From: an uncultured virus (IMG/VR IMGVR_UViG_3300025018_000139)
Taxonomy: Duplodnaviria; Heunggongvirae; Uroviricota; Caudoviricetes
Virus record (IMG/VR): IMGVR_UViG_3300025018_000139
Length of the DNA: 20,000 bases
Direction: 5' to 3' (one strand)
This document shows positions 16,537 to 20,000 of this stretch, one piece after another. Position 1 is the first letter of the stretch. Each line of letters begins with the position of its first letter. The position numbers and the translations under genes are program-made. The notes beneath the pieces are model-generated. The model saw only the letters and a list, made by a program, of their open reading frames with translations, made no database searches and was not told where the DNA came from.

Positions 16537-16553
16537 AATAATAAATATAAGCC

Positions 16554-16985
16554 CTATTTCATATTTCTCATTATAATATTCTTGGCATATGTAGCCAAAG
16601 GCTTTTGATAATGATATATTTCTGGCAAATCCTCAATAGGGAACCAGCAAGCTTCGGAAATTTCTCCACTACGTCCAGAAATGCCATTTTGTGGATTTAA
16701 TTGTTTTGCCAAGAATATGTGAACAACTTTATTTTCATTCTTATTTGAAGAAAAGACAGGGGGAAGCTCATATAAAAGGCGACTGACAACCCCAGTTTCT
16801 TCCCACGTCTCTCTTACTGCACATTCTTCAATGGATTCATTTTTTTCCAAATGCCCTTTTGGAAAACCATATCTGTTATTTTTGTCTTTTTCATGCTTAA
16901 TTAGAAGAAAGTCAATTCCCCCACATTCATTCATTCGAAAGACAACACAGCCAGCACAAACACTATTTCTTTTACGCTGTTCCAT
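16554..16985 (-). CDS. Nudix hydrolase, Ap4A-hydrolase-like
   Basis: CAGCVVFR, FLLIKH, FPKGHLEKNESIEECAVRETWEETG (canonical Nudix box), EISEACWF. Start is either ATG 16985 or ATG 17009. Confidence 0.9.
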   Translation of the reverse strand: MEQRKRNSVCAGCVVFRMNECGGIDFLLIKHEKDKNNRYGFPKGHLEKNESIEECAVRETWEETGVVSRLLYELPPVFSSNKNENKVVHIFLAKQLNPQNGISGRSGEISEACWFPIEDLPEIYHYQKPLATYAKNIIMRNMK

Positions 16986-17022
16986 TTCTACACAATATAA
17001 GTATAGCATAGGAACCTCTAAT

Positions 17023-17562
17023 ATGAAGATATCACTTTACCCGATTTCTGCGAAACCCTATCACTTAGGACATCACATGATGATTCAAAAAGCATCCAAA
17101 GAATGCGATAAAGTTATTGTTATTGTTTCTCTTTTGGACAGAGAAAATGTGACAGGAAGTGATATGGCAATAATTTGGAAAAATCACATATTAAAAATAT
17201 TGCCAGAAAATGTAAGTACAATATTTTTGCAAAGCTCACCAGTTTCCAAAGTTTTTGAAATACTAAAATTAAGAGAACAAAGTCCCTCATCTGATTATAA
17301 GTTTTGCATTTATTCAGATGAAAGCGACATTACAAAAAACTATAGCAATTCAGTGCTTGAAAAGATTTGTCCTAGATTGCTCATGGAGGGTGGACTTGAA
17401 AGAAGGGGTGTTTCAAGAAATGAAACAATTCAAATAAGTGGTTCAGATGTAAGAAAGCATATTTTGAATGGAGATTTTATATCTTTTGAAAAAAGTATGC
17501 CAAAAGAGTTGAATAGTAAAGCTGTTTTTGAAATATTAGCTACTTTGCATGAACATCGCTAA
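17023..17562 (+). CDS. Cytidylyltransferase-like (HxGH superfamily) nucleotidyltransferase
   Basis: MKISLYPISAKPYHLGHH (HxGH), DKVIVIVS, C-terminal ISGSDVRK (ISSTxIR-like). Likely start is ATG 17023; the ORF-track extension overlaps the divergent Nudix gene. Confidence 0.85.
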   Translation: MKISLYPISAKPYHLGHHMMIQKASKECDKVIVIVSLLDRENVTGSDMAIIWKNHILKILPENVSTIFLQSSPVSKVFEILKLREQSPSSDYKFCIYSDESDITKNYSNSVLEKICPRLLMEGGLERRGVSRNETIQISGSDVRKHILNGDFISFEKSMPKELNSKAVFEILATLHEHR

Positions 17563-18777
17563 TGGAATATCGTTTGGATTAGAAGTTCTTTTTTGTTCTC
17601 CATATCTAACCGCAGCAATAATCCTGTTCATAGGGGCATAAGATCCTGTAACCTTATACACTCTTTCGTTAAACTTAAAAACAAGACCCTCTATTGTCAC
17701 CATCCCTGTTCCAATTTTAGGATGCAAATTGTGCAATAGATCAATATGATTTTTATTGCTACCATTTCTAATAATGTCACAGCATCGATTGTATTCTCTT
17801 TTAATTCTCAAGGCTTCTTCTGTAGCCTCGTCAATATATTCTGACTTCATGTTTGACAATAAGAGAGACGAGAACCTATGAACAATGTTTTCAATTGGAT
17901 TTAAAATTTTTGGTAGAACATTGTTTTTTTCTTCATCGATCATGTTTTTTACTAGCGTTCTCATGGTCGAGTCGACTGACGCTAACAGAAACTTGTTTGT
18001 TGGCGCTCCTTGCATTTTTACAAGCGATTTTGAGACACCATTCCGTACGTGCTCAGGAATAAGAGGAAATCGCTGCATATCTTCTTTTAGACGGCTTGCA
18101 GCGAACGATCTAATTGTTGTTGCGTCATCTATTTTATTTTTTCGTTGAATTTCAGTAACTTCAAAACAAGCTTTATCTATTATTGAGTCATCAATTGAAT
18201 TAAGTGGAAAACACCTTGGCTCAATCAATTTCCACAAATCTATTTCTTTATTCATAGAAGGAATAGAAAGTTTTAAAATTTCTAAATTCCTAGGCAATGC
18301 ATTAGATATTGGCTCTCCATCCATTCCAAATAATACTGGCCCATACTCATGAAATACAATTCTTTTATTGCTATAGTGAATTGTATTTGGGAAATCTGGA
18401 TCTATTATTTCAACAGGATACCAAACGGTTCCCATACTTCCAAAGATTTGTGATTTGATATTATATTGTAAAGAACTTACAGCCCTATGAATTACATCAT
18501 AAGCATTGACAAAAAGAGACTCTATTTCTGGTCTATCTCCAAATTTCAAAGATAGGCCATATCTGTCAAGTCCACCATCTTTTATGTTTTGTTTATTTCT
18601 TGCAACTTTTAAAGTTTCTTTATCAAAGTCCCATCCTATAAAGAGATTTTGACCGTCAAGCTTTTCATAAACATCAACATCAGCATATCCAAGCATTTTA
18701 AAGATTGACTTGAGATCTCTAAATCTCAAGTCAAAATCTTCATAAATGTGATTTATATGACCGCCAAGAGCTGTCAA
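17536..18777 (-). CDS. Ligase-fold covalent nucleotidyltransferase-like protein (RNA-ligase-like; possibly DUF6267-related)
   Basis: Motif I YEKLDGQN, Ia VARNK, III-like PVEII, IIIa IVFHE, IV IEGLVFK, V VYKVTG. N-terminal GGHINHIYED. TTG start coupled to the upstream TGA. Confidence 0.7.
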   Translation of the reverse strand: MTALGGHINHIYEDFDLRFRDLKSIFKMLGYADVDVYEKLDGQNLFIGWDFDKETLKVARNKQNIKDGGLDRYGLSLKFGDRPEIESLFVNAYDVIHRAVSSLQYNIKSQIFGSMGTVWYPVEIIDPDFPNTIHYSNKRIVFHEYGPVLFGMDGEPISNALPRNLEILKLSIPSMNKEIDLWKLIEPRCFPLNSIDDSIIDKACFEVTEIQRKNKIDDATTIRSFAASRLKEDMQRFPLIPEHVRNGVSKSLVKMQGAPTNKFLLASVDSTMRTLVKNMIDEEKNNVLPKILNPIENIVHRFSSLLLSNMKSEYIDEATEEALRIKREYNRCCDIIRNGSNKNHIDLLHNLHPKIGTGMVTIEGLVFKFNERVYKVTGSYAPMNRIIAAVRYGEQKRTSNPNDIPLAMFMQSS

Positions 18778-18959
18778 TTTTCAACAACCCCATAGCCTTT
18801 ATTTATAGCTTTTTGAAATGAAATTTTGAAAAATTCTGCAATTTCATGATTAGAGACGGCTTCTTCTTTAGCTTTTCCAAATGCCTCTCTCACCTTATCT
18901 AGAATTGCATCATTATATTCAATTTCTATTCCTTCTCCAAGAACAATTTTATTTTCCAT
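18774..18959 (-). CDS. Small hypothetical protein (61 aa)
   Basis: Tiles between neighbours (3-nt gap upstream, 4-nt overlap downstream). Confidence 0.75.
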   Translation of the reverse strand: MENKIVLGEGIEIEYNDAILDKVREAFGKAKEEAVSNHEIAEFFKISFQKAINKGYGVVEN

Positions 18960-18962
18960 ATC

Positions 18963-19739
18963 CTATCCTATCAAAAGAGATAGGATATGTTGTCTATATT
19001 CTTCAGCTAAACGAGAATTTCTTGGACCAACTTGGATTGGAGGATTTGTATCCTCTGTTCCTCTTGATGTTCTTCCAGGAGAGCCATGGGATGGCTGTAA
19101 GGCTGGCTGGGATGGCTGCCTTGTCATTACTTCTCCCTGATCAACTCTTTCTTGATCTGTCGCATCAATATTTACATTTTCATCACCTGGATCTGGTGCT
19201 TCTTTTGCCGGAGTTCCCGAGGCAATGTCTTGCAATGCGCTTAAGAATGTGGCCAAAGCCAATCTTTCACTGTCATTAAGTTGATTTTCAAAATACTTTT
19301 TAAGTTCTGCTGATATGTCAGGATCTTTAAAAGAACGACCAGCTCTTATCATGTTTAATGTAGAGATTAATCCATCTGATGTAATCTCTCCCAGCTCTAA
19401 GGTTAGTGGAACTGGACGAACATTTACTTTCTCTTTGGCCGGCTCTGCCTTTGGCGCTTCAGGAGCAGCGGGAGCTTCAGGAGCAGCATCTTCGGTACCC
19501 TGATCACCTTCGTCGCCTTTGTCTCCACCAAAAATATCGTCACCACCATCATCGCCTTCACCATCTTCGTCTCCTTTGTCGTCACCACCAAACAAAGGAT
19601 CCTCATCTTCATCTTCTCCCTGTTCAAACAACGAACGAGAAGAAGACGAAGCTGAACTATAAGCATTTTTTACACTTTCTTCAGCAAGAACCCTAAGAAA
19701 CATGCTCAAATCACTTGAATTCATAATTTTAGCTGGCAT
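18963..19739 (-). CDS. Acidic, Pro/Ala-rich hypothetical protein, candidate virion/scaffold-associated
   Basis: GGAGG SD and TAATG coupling favour ATG 19739. Contains a D/G/E low-complexity tract, a PEAPAA repeat and a central folded core LNMIRAGRSFKD...LNDSERLAL. Confidence 0.8.
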   Translation of the reverse strand: MPAKIMNSSDLSMFLRVLAEESVKNAYSSASSSSRSLFEQGEDEDEDPLFGGDDKGDEDGEGDDGGDDIFGGDKGDEGDQGTEDAAPEAPAAPEAPKAEPAKEKVNVRPVPLTLELGEITSDGLISTLNMIRAGRSFKDPDISAELKKYFENQLNDSERLALATFLSALQDIASGTPAKEAPDPGDENVNIDATDQERVDQGEVMTRQPSQPALQPSHGSPGRTSRGTEDTNPPIQVGPRNSRLAEEYRQHILSLLIG

Positions 19740-19936
19740 TATTTCCTCCACCTGGTGCTGTTTCCTGGTCTTTCTGAATATTCTTCAATAAGTTTTCGGG
19801 CATTTTCACCCTTTCCATCACTTTGCTTGATGGACTTATTGGTTGTCTCTTTTATTAAGATTTCATCCATAAACTTGTCAAATTCAAGTTCTTTTTTAAA
19901 ATCTTCTGGTCCTTCGATAAGAAATTCTCCGCTCAT
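19739..19936 (-). CDS. Hypothetical protein (65 aa)
   Basis: GGAGG 8 nt before ATG 19936; ATAGTTA motif at 19960-19966 upstream. Confidence 0.75.
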   Translation of the reverse strand: MSGEFLIEGPEDFKKELEFDKFMDEILIKETTNKSIKQSDGKGENARKLIEEYSERPGNSTRWRK

Positions 19937-20000
19937 AATACTTGCCTCCGTATAACTAATAACTATTTGTAAACAACAGTTATTACACAACTCGTTTGTC

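Noticed and set aside
16831..17022. N-terminal extension of the HxGH protein in the ORF track
   Set aside because: It is antisense to the Nudix gene; HxGH enzymes start just before the first beta-strand (ATG 17023).
17023..17562. Assignment as nadD/nadM/coaD (NAD or CoA synthesis)
   Set aside because: Only superfamily motifs are visible and the usual GxFDP is replaced by ISAKP, so the substrate cannot be called. No NAD-salvage partner was recognised in the window.
12566..19696. Alternative-frame and antisense ORFs (e.g. 12566-13003, 13551-13898, 14976-15299, 17853-18148, 18881-19279, 19406-19696)
   Set aside because: They are shadows of longer, better-supported genes, with no motifs of their own.
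1..20000. Stop-codon reassignment as seen in some large phages
   Set aside because: Genes tile densely in the standard code, and TAA, TGA and TAG all end plausible genes. The TAA at 3373 is an isolated case.
1..20000. tRNA or other structured RNA genes suggested by the cca gene
   Set aside because: Intergenic gaps are mostly under 100 bp and I saw no cloverleaf or T-loop pattern; tRNAscan-SE or Infernal would be needed to exclude them.

Overview
AT-rich, densely coding window with frequent strand switches and no rRNA, tRNA or CRISPR array that I could see. Gene content points to a large (jumbo/huge) tailed dsDNA phage using the standard bacterial code; this is an inference, since no capsid or terminase gene is in the window. 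The left part (1-7360, mostly +) holds accessory genes: a DUF2201-type metallopeptidase/VWA protein interrupted by a LAGLIDADG intein, a GNAT acetyltransferase, a Nudix hydrolase, a class II CCA-adding enzyme, and a hexapeptide-repeat gene with a truncated tandem duplicate. The right part (7320-20000, mostly -) holds an AAA+ ATPase, an Amidase_2 lysin, a 2OG-Fe(II) oxygenase, several acidic proteins resembling head-packaged proteins, and a compact trio of a Nudix hydrolase, an HxGH nucleotidyltransferase and a KxDG ligase-like nucleotidyltransferase. Most notable: (i) that trio; (ii) two apparent classes of leaderless promoter (sigma70-like TAnnnT-N5/6-ATG and ATA[T/G]TTA-N5-ATG); (iii) the intein in an unusual host protein; (iv) a modular acidic protein with duplicated HicB-like domains. 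Family names come from motif recognition, not database searches.
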